This document shows positions 17,818-26,257 of a stretch of 64,000 nt of DNA, piece after piece. Numbering within the stretch: the first letter of the stretch is position 1; each line of letters starts with the position of its first letter. Position numbers and translations under genes: made by a program. The stretch covers positions 1 to 64,000 of IMG/VR virus record IMGVR_UViG_3300028592_000008, one strand, 5' to 3'. The notes under the pieces are model-generated. The model was given only the letters and a program-made list of their open reading frames with translations. It was not told where the DNA came from and ran no database searches. This DNA is from a virus.

Positions 17818-19155
17818 ATGAAAACTCTGACCTACCATTGTTCCCGGGAACCGAGGCCGCAGGACGTCGAGACTGCCTACCTCGAGGCTCGAGGCCTGGC
17901 GGGTCCGGCGAGTTTCTGGGACAGGGCTGGCGGGAAGAAGGGTCCGTTCACCCAGCGGCGCGATGGCGGCCGGCTGATGGCTGATCTTGGGCCCGGCGAC
18001 CATGTCGTCTTTCGGTCGATCGGCTCGGCGTTCGGAAGCCTGGCTGACTGGCGGGACACGGTGCGGCTGATGCTGGTCCGCGGGGCGACGGTCCATTTCA
18101 TCGGCGAGGGGCTGGTCATCTCCCGGGAATCTTCGTGGGTCGTGGGGACCGTGCTCGACGTCTACCTCCGCTTCGTGGCCGAGTTCGCGTCGGCGGACCG
18201 GCGGCGGCCGACGGAACCGTGCTCACAGCGGAAGCGGCGGTGTTCCGGAGGTGAAGTGGAGATTCCGGCCGGGAAGTTCGACGAGCTGTTGCGCCAGCAG
18301 AAGTGGGGCGACTGCCGGTTCCCGGCGACGACCGGGACACGGCACTCATACGCCATGCTGGAGGAGCCGCCGCGTTTCCCGGGAAACGATTTCCGGTACT
18401 GGCGCGAGGTGCGATACCTCCACACGCAGTACCCGTTCATCGAGCGTCCGGAGGGGAAGCGGCTGGTGCTGCGGGCCAAGCCAGGCGACGCGATGTTCGT
18501 CTGCGCCGGAAAGGCCTTCCGTTCTGTCGAAGACATGGTCTCCGCTTCCCGGACGCTTGCCGCCATTGGTGTCTCGGTGACGATCACGGACTTCGGGATC
18601 ACGACGCTGGCCGAGGAGGGGCGCGCCCTGATGAACCTGCTGGCGGTGTACGACATCTTGGCCCGGCGGCGGAAGTCGGAAGAACGCAAAGAACGCGGGC
18701 AGCGGAAGCAGATAACGATGGAGCTCCCGTTCTACCTGAAACGGCGGCCGAACGGGCGGGTCGTCATCAACGAGTTCCGGCTGTGGGGCGTCCTGCAGGT
18801 TCTCAATCGTCGGGAAATGAGGGGGATCGAGCTCGAGGACTGGATGGAAGAGCAGGAGGCCGAGCACTTCGGGGACCGGAAGCTGCCCCGCCACACGATC
18901 AACCGGCGGGCCAGGTATCGCTGGCACCCGGATCACGGCACGCTGCTTCGGCACCCGGGGCGCGGATACTGCCGGTCGCGATTCTGGCACAAGGCCCGGA
19001 TCAACGACATCCGTCGCGCGGGGCTGGAGCCGGTGAAGACCATGCTCGCCCAATACGGAATTCGTTTCCCGGGAAACGATATGCCCCGGCCACCGAAGGC
19101 CAGCCGGCGGAAGCGGGGAGTCACGAGCGGAACTGATTCCAGTCAGCCAGAGTGA
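17818..19155 (+). CDS. Protein with two tandem degenerate serine-recombinase (resolvase-like) domains
   Basis: Two copies of PF..R..G.RL...L.PGD.........AF.S..D.......L...G..V; the second is followed by EGRALMNLLAVY...ERK (helix E). The catalytic YxRVS and DRLxR motifs are absent. Confidence 0.6.
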   Translation: MKTLTYHCSREPRPQDVETAYLEARGLAGPASFWDRAGGKKGPFTQRRDGGRLMADLGPGDHVVFRSIGSAFGSLADWRDTVRLMLVRGATVHFIGEGLVISRESSWVVGTVLDVYLRFVAEFASADRRRPTEPCSQRKRRCSGGEVEIPAGKFDELLRQQKWGDCRFPATTGTRHSYAMLEEPPRFPGNDFRYWREVRYLHTQYPFIERPEGKRLVLRAKPGDAMFVCAGKAFRSVEDMVSASRTLAAIGVSVTITDFGITTLAEEGRALMNLLAVYDILARRRKSEERKERGQRKQITMELPFYLKRRPNGRVVINEFRLWGVLQVLNRREMRGIELEDWMEEQEAEHFGDRKLPRHTINRRARYRWHPDHGTLLRHPGRGYCRSRFWHKARINDIRRAGLEPVKTMLAQYGIRFPGNDMPRPPKASRRKRGVTSGTDSSQPE

Positions 19156-19339
19156 CGTAAACTACGCCGCCGATTTCCTTTGAGCCGAGAATGCGGGTCG
19201 AGCCGTTCTGCAATTTGGCTCCAACTTTGATCCATCGGTAGATCGTCCGAGCGCTCTTGACGATCCCGAATCGCTCCTGCAGGACCCGGACGAAATTCGC
19301 CACCGTCCACTCTTCGGGTGCCTTGCTTCGCTTTGCCAT
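19121..19339 (-). CDS. Small winged-HTH DNA-binding protein (DUF1580/excisionase-like)
   Basis: ARTIYRWIKVG...LGSKEIGGVVYVT; transcribed divergently from the virion operon. Confidence 0.6.
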   Translation of the reverse strand: MAKRSKAPEEWTVANFVRVLQERFGIVKSARTIYRWIKVGAKLQNGSTRILGSKEIGGVVYVTLADWNQFRS

Positions 19340-19437
19340 TTCGTGACATCCATCGGGGGATGATTGCGTGAAGGGAATCTGGGGAGCCATCGTAATCGCC
19401 TGCGGCGGGAAGTTCTAACTCACGGTGACACGCGATT

Positions 19438-20730
19438 ATGGCACGTCCAAGATCAACCAAAGGGGCTCAGACAGCGACCGGCCCGGCCGCCGCGCCGAGC
19501 GTGAAGGACGAACGGGCTCCGTCCATGCGGGAGCTCGGCGAGCAGGTTCTCGCCGGCCGCAGCGAGACGGACTCGAACGCCAGCGACGCCGCGGCAAGTG
19601 CGGCCCTCGGCGGAGTCCCAGGTGCCAGCGACGACGTTGAGGAAGACAGTCCGCTCTCGACCGACGATTCGGACTTCGGCGTGCAGGCTCAGGGGCAGGA
19701 CGGCGACATCTTCGAGGACGACGATGTCCCTGCTCAGGGGCAGCAGGACGGCCAAGCTCCTCCGTCCCGCGCGATCGCCGAGGCGTTCAAGGCCCGGAAC
19801 ATGGGCTGGGACGAGGACGTCACCGACGAAGACATCATCGCGGAATTCCAGCACACGAACACGCTGCTCGCCCAGCAGCAGGAAGAGCTCAACTGGTATC
19901 GGCAGCAGGCCGCAGCGGGCGGCCAGGGGAATCAGGGTGCAGGCTCAGCCGCTCCGGCGCCGGGCACGGGCGCGACCGGGGGGGCGTCACCTGCCCCCGG
20001 CGCGCCTAAGTTGCCTGAGTTCAAGGTAGACGCGCCGGAGTGGGACCCGGCGTGGGAAGCCGGCCTGAAGGTGGACGAAGAGGGCACGATCGTCGCGAAG
20101 CCCGGCTGGGATCCGAGCTTGCCCGGGAAGTACAACCGCTTCAAGCAATGGGAATCGCAGCAGATTTCCACCTTGGCCCGGAACCCGTACCTCCTGCAGA
20201 TGGCTCAGAATCCGCAGGCGTTCCTCGAGCAGATCGTTCGCCCGATGGCCGAGCAGATCGCCACCGCCCGGACGAACGAGCTGGCCGGTCAGTACCAGCG
20301 TCAGAGCGAGGACGCCTACATCAACCAGATCCGGGCTCAGGCCGGGTATCTGAACACGAACGCCGCTGGGCAGGTCGTTCGGCACGCGAAGACCGGGCAG
20401 GTCATGCTCACCCCGGAGGGGCAGGCGTTCGAGCGTGAATTCGCCGCGCTCCTTCAGGACGCCCCGGGGATGTCCCGGGTCAAGGCTGCCGAACTCGCCT
20501 CCCGTCTGCACCCGCCGCGCAAGGCCGCGGCCCCGGCCCGGCAGACCAACGGCGGTGCGGCTCCGGCTCAGCGTGCGACGAGCCCGACGTACGGGCAGCG
20601 TCTCGGGGGAACCGTTCATCAGCCGCGGCGGACCCCGGCAAATCGAATCCCGACTGACGGTCGGGGTCTCCCGGATCAGCGAGCTCTCGGAGAAGCGTAC
20701 CTCCGGGAAAAGCAGTCCGGGGCGCAGTGA
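19438..20730 (+). CDS. Capsid scaffolding protein (putative)
   Basis: Acidic disordered N-terminus and helical core; immediately upstream of the major capsid gene. Confidence 0.6.
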   Translation: MARPRSTKGAQTATGPAAAPSVKDERAPSMRELGEQVLAGRSETDSNASDAAASAALGGVPGASDDVEEDSPLSTDDSDFGVQAQGQDGDIFEDDDVPAQGQQDGQAPPSRAIAEAFKARNMGWDEDVTDEDIIAEFQHTNTLLAQQQEELNWYRQQAAAGGQGNQGAGSAAPAPGTGATGGASPAPGAPKLPEFKVDAPEWDPAWEAGLKVDEEGTIVAKPGWDPSLPGKYNRFKQWESQQISTLARNPYLLQMAQNPQAFLEQIVRPMAEQIATARTNELAGQYQRQSEDAYINQIRAQAGYLNTNAAGQVVRHAKTGQVMLTPEGQAFEREFAALLQDAPGMSRVKAAELASRLHPPRKAAAPARQTNGGAAPAQRATSPTYGQRLGGTVHQPRRTPANRIPTDGRGLPDQRALGEAYLREKQSGAQ

Positions 20731-20797
20731 TCGGTCCGGTTTCACTTTCAGGTTTCATGTAACTGCCGGGTGACCCCGGATCACGAGGAGTCCAGCG

Positions 20798-21955
20798 ATG
20801 GCGAACTTGGTGCCGCAGACGACTGACGAAGCGACGGAAGTCGCGCGGGCAACAGCTCCGACCTTCATCAAGGGGTTTGCGGACCTCACGATGCGGAAGC
20901 GGATTTGGATGGCCCTCCTGCGGAAGTACGGTCGGGTCCTGTTCAACCAGGGCGGTCACACGACCGTCTGGGGTGTCCGGGTCCGGGAGGCGACGCCGCA
21001 CACGATCGGGGCGAACCCGACGTTCGACTTCAACTCCATCAACCGGAACGAGCAGCTCTCGCTCGACTGGCGTGGCTACGGGCACGAAGGCGTGCTGTGG
21101 GTGAAGGACAAGCTGATGAACGGCCAGGCTGGCGCGTCGCAGCTTTGGAACATGCTGAACGACCGCACGGAAACGCTCGCGGAAGAGTTCGCCCGCATGT
21201 TCAACCGCGAGATTTACGTTGACGGCGAAGCGGCCGGCAACGGCGAGCGGTTCCACGGTCGCGGGACGTTCCTGAACTACAAGGCCGGGGTGACCTCGGA
21301 CGACCGCGTCGCTCTTCCGGACGGCAGTTACGCCGGCCTGTCGATCGAGCTCGGCGGCCTCGGCGGCTCCTGCACCAATGCGATCTCGGCCGGCGAGAAG
21401 CCGAACACCGACCTCGGGGCCGACTGGCCGGAAGGTCAGGCGACGGCGGACTTCGACGCGACGAGCCCGCTGATCCTGAACATCTCGTCGGATCGCTGGA
21501 CGCCGGACGGCGGCACGACCTGGCGGGACAACAACGAGGCGATTCTCTCGTACACCAACGAGATCCAGTCGGCTCGCGGCGCCCGGGAATCCCGGACGGC
21601 AGGTGAGGCTCCGATCCTCAACCTGATGACGGCGAAGATGAAGAACGAGTTCGAGATGGGACAGCGCGGGCGGTTCCAGATCAACCTGCAGATGCAGGAG
21701 ATGATCGACCTCGGATTCCCGGACACGTACCGCTACGAAGGTGCGGTGATCGCGGCGGACTACGAATGCCCGCACGGCGAAATGCACCAGCTTTCCCCGG
21801 GCACGATGGAGTACGCGGCGCTGACCGAGGACTACTGGACCTTCGAAGGTCCGACGTACCTCCCCGGGCAGATGAAGTGGATCTGGCTGCTGTACACCTA
21901 CGGCAACTTCCGCTTCCAGCCCAAGTGTGAGGCGTTCGGCAAGAGCATCGCCTGA
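20798..21955 (+). CDS. Major capsid protein
   Basis: 385 aa, strong GAGGAG RBS, position, HK97-like features (EIYVDG...G..F.G; C-terminal YTYGNF). Confidence 0.75.
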   Translation: MANLVPQTTDEATEVARATAPTFIKGFADLTMRKRIWMALLRKYGRVLFNQGGHTTVWGVRVREATPHTIGANPTFDFNSINRNEQLSLDWRGYGHEGVLWVKDKLMNGQAGASQLWNMLNDRTETLAEEFARMFNREIYVDGEAAGNGERFHGRGTFLNYKAGVTSDDRVALPDGSYAGLSIELGGLGGSCTNAISAGEKPNTDLGADWPEGQATADFDATSPLILNISSDRWTPDGGTTWRDNNEAILSYTNEIQSARGARESRTAGEAPILNLMTAKMKNEFEMGQRGRFQINLQMQEMIDLGFPDTYRYEGAVIAADYECPHGEMHQLSPGTMEYAALTEDYWTFEGPTYLPGQMKWIWLLYTYGNFRFQPKCEAFGKSIA

Positions 21956-22035
21956 TCCGATCCTGCGTAGGGACCGGCAGTTCTGTTCGATAGAAAACCT
22001 GCGGCGAGGGCCGCAAACCTCTGAGGGGACGAGTC

Positions 22036-23058
22036 ATGGTGGATCAGGTTCAGAACATCACGAAGCTGGGGAGTGTCGACTTCATCGGCACTTCCAGCCG
22101 GAAGATGGGGCTGGTCGGGAAGTACAAGGACAACCAGCCGGACCCGTCCGCGCCGGGTGCTCCGCCGACGACCGATTACGAGCAGTGGATTCACGCTCTG
22201 ACCGTCGTGAATCGTTCGGGCGGTCTGCTGCTTCCCGGCCGCCGGGTCATCTTCGAGGACGGCACGACCTACGCCGGTCCGTACCGCGCTATCTCCGGAT
22301 ACGCGGCTGCGGGTCAGCGTGGGGACGGCGTGGTTCCCTGGACCTGCCCGTCCGCTGGTGTCGGAAACGGGAGCGTCTTCAACATCATCACGAAGGGCCC
22401 GGCGAAGCTGGTGTTCGACGGGGTGAACGTCGCGATCGCCAAGAACGACCTGATCGGTGGTTCGGCGGACGGGAAGGCGGCGAAGTACGGGTCGACGACT
22501 CAGGTCGCCAACTCGGCCACCTTCACCAACACGACCGACGCCGCGGACGTCGCGACGAAGCAGATCGCCCCGGCGAACGGGCTCAAGAAGTACGACCGCT
22601 TCCGGATCGTCATGGCCGGGACCTGCCCGTCGACGAACTCGACCGACACCCTGACGCTGCTCGCCAAGATCGGCGGACAGACGGCGGGGAGCACGGGCGC
22701 GATCGACGTCGCGAACAACGACCCGTTCGTCGCGGTTCTCGACTGCGTCGTCTGGGCGACCGGAGCGAGTGGTTCGATCCAGGTCACCGGATTCGTGGCC
22801 CTCAAGACAACGACCGTCCCGGTCTCCACGACGCTGACCGTCGACACCACGGCGGCCGTCTCCGCGGCGGTCAACGCCGACTGGTCCGCGATCAGCACGA
22901 GCGACCAGTTCGTGGTGACCGCACTCTCGGTCGACTTCCAGGCCGGGACGGGACCGTTTGCCCTGCCGTTCGCCCGCGCACTCGAAGTCGTGGCGGCCGA
23001 TGCGGCGGACGACACGCAGTTCAAGTGCATGGTCGACTTCGAATCGCCGATCGCCTGA
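22036..23058 (+). CDS. Capsid decoration/cement-like protein with inserted beta-rich domain
   Basis: Follows the capsid gene; Thr/Ala/Val-rich; cement-like N- and C-terminal segments. Confidence 0.5.
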   Translation: MVDQVQNITKLGSVDFIGTSSRKMGLVGKYKDNQPDPSAPGAPPTTDYEQWIHALTVVNRSGGLLLPGRRVIFEDGTTYAGPYRAISGYAAAGQRGDGVVPWTCPSAGVGNGSVFNIITKGPAKLVFDGVNVAIAKNDLIGGSADGKAAKYGSTTQVANSATFTNTTDAADVATKQIAPANGLKKYDRFRIVMAGTCPSTNSTDTLTLLAKIGGQTAGSTGAIDVANNDPFVAVLDCVVWATGASGSIQVTGFVALKTTTVPVSTTLTVDTTAAVSAAVNADWSAISTSDQFVVTALSVDFQAGTGPFALPFARALEVVAADAADDTQFKCMVDFESPIA

Positions 23059-23140
23059 TCGAAGTCTCCCCCGGGGGCGTGAGATCGGATAGAGTTTTTG
23101 TGGGGCTCGATTCTGAGCTCAGTCCTCGAGGGGGTTTGAG

Positions 23141-23314
23141 ATGGCGAACGAAAACATGCAGCTCCGCCCGGACAAGGCGGCCAACAAGTATCCGAAGCTG
23201 CCGACTCGGGAGAACGCGACCGGAGGGGTGACGACCGGCCGGGCGAACGTCGAGCCGAAGTGCGACAAGTCAAGCAACGGGATCAAGGGCGAGTCCACCA
23301 AGGGCAAGTATTGA
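23141..23314 (+). CDS. Small basic hypothetical protein (57 aa)
   Basis: Read manually: MANENMQLRPDKAANKYPK...; GAGGGGG RBS; precedes a terminator. Confidence 0.5.
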   Translation: MANENMQLRPDKAANKYPKLPTRENATGGVTTGRANVEPKCDKSSNGIKGESTKGKY

Positions 23315-23343
23315 TCCTTCTGCACGCGAAGCACTGAAGGGGG

Positions 23344-23377
23344 GCGGTCTGGGGCGTCAGTCTCAGACCGCTTTTTT
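23344..23377 (+). terminator. Rho-independent terminator
   Basis: GCGGTCTGGG...CTCAGACCGC followed by TTTTTT. Confidence 0.75.
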
Positions 23378-23391
23378 CATTGGGTGACACC

Positions 23392-24042
23392 ATGCCGCGG
23401 ACGGTCTACGAAACTCCGACGAAGCGATGCCAAGCCTGTCAGCGGATGTTGACGGTTCACTGCTTCAAGCCGGCGACGGCGGTCTACTGTGAGGGCTGCA
23501 CGGAGACCGTACAGCCGATCGCGGTGAAGCTGGCCGAGGAGAAGGTCGGGGCGGTCGCGATCAGCCTGGCGGACTCCCTGCAGCGCACAGTCGACGCCAG
23601 TCAGCCGGACATGGAACAGATCGTCCGGCTGACGATGAGGGCCATGGGCGGCCCGGATGGCATCGTGGGCATCGTCTCCCGGCAGATCGCGGACCTCGAG
23701 GGGCGGCTGATCAACGGGAAGATCGTCAGCTACGAAGAGGCGGTCCGACTGAACGAGGGAAAGACGAAAGACCGGAAGACGTTGCTCGCGTACCTGAAGC
23801 TGTTCACGGCGATGGTCGCGAAGAACGACGAGGCGAAGGCGGACGAGCGGAAGCGGACCGCCGGGCTGAATGTCGTCGAGATGGGGAACCGCCTGCTCGA
23901 CTTCTGCTGGAAGCAGATCAACGGGGACAAGTCGTTCCGCGAGCGGCTGATCCGGCTGCTGGTGTCGAAGTTCCGGGACGACGTCGCCCGGGCGATGAAC
24001 ACGATCGAGACGGAGGCGGTCGGTGGGACAGCTCAACCTTGA
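23392..24042 (+). CDS. Putative terminase small subunit (N-terminal Zn finger)
   Basis: CQAC...CEGC plus a helical body; overlaps the TerL start. Confidence 0.45.
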   Translation: MPRTVYETPTKRCQACQRMLTVHCFKPATAVYCEGCTETVQPIAVKLAEEKVGAVAISLADSLQRTVDASQPDMEQIVRLTMRAMGGPDGIVGIVSRQIADLEGRLINGKIVSYEEAVRLNEGKTKDRKTLLAYLKLFTAMVAKNDEAKADERKRTAGLNVVEMGNRLLDFCWKQINGDKSFRERLIRLLVSKFRDDVARAMNTIETEAVGGTAQP

Positions 24043-25774
24043 GGAGACGGACTACGTACCGTACTCCGAAGACGACCTGCAGTGGATCGCCCAATGGGCG
24101 GCCGAAGAGTCGGACGCGATCAAGCTCTTCCGGCCGATGCCCCCGGAGTTCATGTCGCAGGAGGACGTGCTCCGCGCGGAGTGTCTGCACAAGCTGATCC
24201 GCGGCGGAAATCGTAGTGGAAAATCCACGATCGCGGCGGTCATGTTCGCCGCGGCGGCCCGGGACATGCCGATCACGACCTGGAGCGGGGAGGAGATCCA
24301 CGTCCGGCGGCCGTGGCAGCGCGGGAAGCCGCTGCTGATGTGGGTCGTGGGCTACGATTGGGACCATATCGGCGACACGATTTACCGGCTCCTGTGCGAG
24401 CCGAATCACTCGCTGAAGATGATCCGGGACCTCGAGACGGGGGTCCTTCGCGCGTTCAAGCCGTGGGACCCGTCCGACGCCGCGCGGGAGGACGAGACCG
24501 AGCCCTGCCCTCCGCTGATCCCCGGGCACGAGATCGAGAGGATCGTCTGGAAGAATGCGGGCGCGCATATCTTCGACCAGATCCGGCTCAGGAACGGCAC
24601 CGTCATTCACGGTCACAGCTCGAAGGAGGCCAAGGCAGGGGACCCGGTCGACATCATCTGGGTCGACGAAAAGGTGGAGTACGAGATCAACGTCGCCGAG
24701 TGGCAGGCGCGTCTCGGGGACAAGCGCGGGCAGTTCTGGTGGAGCACCTGGCCGACCTCCACGAACACCGCGCTGCGGTCCATGTCACGAAAGGCGAAGT
24801 CGGACGACGTCGAGATCCGGGAGGGAAAGCGGAAGCGGAGGACGGTGCAGGAATGGGTTTTCAAGATGTACAAAAACCCGTACATGCCCGCCGAGTCCAA
24901 ACAGGACTTGCTCGAGAACTGGCAGGCCCTCGGCGCCGGGCACGTCCAGGCTCGAAACGAGGGGGAGTTCGTCGACGAGGGGGACCGCGCGTATCCGATG
25001 TTCAACGAGGACACCTGCGCGGCGATCGTGCATGGGGACCTCGAGGACGTGATCTCCCGGATCCTGCGGAAGCGGAATGGGGAGCCGCCGAGCGATTGGG
25101 CCCGGTTCATGATGCTCGACCCCGGGACGACGCGACCGGCCCTGCTCTTCGGGGCGATCCCGCCGCCGGCACTCGGGGACTGGCGAGTCATCTACCAGGA
25201 GATCATCGCCCCGGGGCACGACGCATTCCGGCTGATGAAGCTGGCGGAGCCGTTCTTCCAGAACTACTCGTTTCAGACGTTCGTCATCGACATGCAGGCT
25301 GGCCGGAAGACGGGCGAAGGCCACCGGATCAGCAACGCCGAGAACTACTCGAACGCCATGCGGAAGTACGGAATCCGCTCGGAGAAGACCGGGTTCGGGT
25401 TCGTCCCCGGGTCGCCGGACATCAATGCCCGGCGCGGCATCATCCAGTCGTGGATGCACGTCGGAGCGAGCGGCCTGGCGAAACTGCGGATCGTGAAGGA
25501 GCGGTGCAAGATCCTTGTCCACGAGCTCAGTACGGTCAAAACCAAGGTGACGCAGGCTGGCGCGGAGAAGATCGACGGCCGGGAACACGACGCGACGGAC
25601 ACGCTCGAATACTTCGGCTCGATCGACCCGCAGTGGGAACCTCCTGTTCACGTAGAGCGGCAGGTGCTAAAAAATCCTGCGGAAGTGCTCAGGGAATACC
25701 TTGAGACTCTGCGTCCCTCGGAACGGCCGAAGAGCAGCGGAAGCGTCTTCGGCGCATGCGGAAATGGAAGGTGA
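24023..25774 (+). CDS. terL: Terminase large subunit
   Basis: Walker A GGNRSGKS, Walker B IIWVDE, nuclease MLDPG and C-terminal HDATDTLEY. Confidence 0.9.
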   Translation: MGQLNLEETDYVPYSEDDLQWIAQWAAEESDAIKLFRPMPPEFMSQEDVLRAECLHKLIRGGNRSGKSTIAAVMFAAAARDMPITTWSGEEIHVRRPWQRGKPLLMWVVGYDWDHIGDTIYRLLCEPNHSLKMIRDLETGVLRAFKPWDPSDAAREDETEPCPPLIPGHEIERIVWKNAGAHIFDQIRLRNGTVIHGHSSKEAKAGDPVDIIWVDEKVEYEINVAEWQARLGDKRGQFWWSTWPTSTNTALRSMSRKAKSDDVEIREGKRKRRTVQEWVFKMYKNPYMPAESKQDLLENWQALGAGHVQARNEGEFVDEGDRAYPMFNEDTCAAIVHGDLEDVISRILRKRNGEPPSDWARFMMLDPGTTRPALLFGAIPPPALGDWRVIYQEIIAPGHDAFRLMKLAEPFFQNYSFQTFVIDMQAGRKTGEGHRISNAENYSNAMRKYGIRSEKTGFGFVPGSPDINARRGIIQSWMHVGASGLAKLRIVKERCKILVHELSTVKTKVTQAGAEKIDGREHDATDTLEYFGSIDPQWEPPVHVERQVLKNPAEVLREYLETLRPSERPKSSGSVFGACGNGR

Positions 25775-25778
25775 CACT

Positions 25779-26228
25779 GTGGCGAAGAAGGCAGCATCGA
25801 AGGGTCGGGCTCCGGCCGGCGGGAGCAATCGCGAGACTCCGCGGCAGCTCGGCGACGCGCCGATCGTTGACGCGGCGGGGCTCGTGATTCCGACGCCTGG
25901 TTGGCGGGTGAACTACTGGCCGAACGGTCAGGGGATCGGGGCCCCGCTTCCGGCGGACGTGATCTCGGTGACGGGGTCGCAACTCAACCTGAGCGTCCTG
26001 CGGATCAGCGGGGCGGTCCCGGCGGAGAACGTCTACTGCCGGCACGACAAGCGGGTCGTCGACAATCCGAAGGCGGCGAAGACCGGGGTCTGGGACTGGA
26101 TGCAGGGGTACGAGCCGGAGAGACTGTACGGCGACAAGCTGCAGCCGCGCCCGGCCCTGTTGGACGGGAAGAAGGGCGGCGGCGCGCCGAGCGGCGGATC
26201 GACTCCGCCGATCAAGAACGCCGAGTGA
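25779..26228 (+). CDS. Hypothetical protein
   Basis: GTG start after GGTGACACT; lies between TerL and portal. Confidence 0.6.
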   Translation: MAKKAASKGRAPAGGSNRETPRQLGDAPIVDAAGLVIPTPGWRVNYWPNGQGIGAPLPADVISVTGSQLNLSVLRISGAVPAENVYCRHDKRVVDNPKAAKTGVWDWMQGYEPERLYGDKLQPRPALLDGKKGGGAPSGGSTPPIKNAE

Positions 26229-26257
26229 TTCTGGCGGAGTGATCCGGAGGGGGCGGG

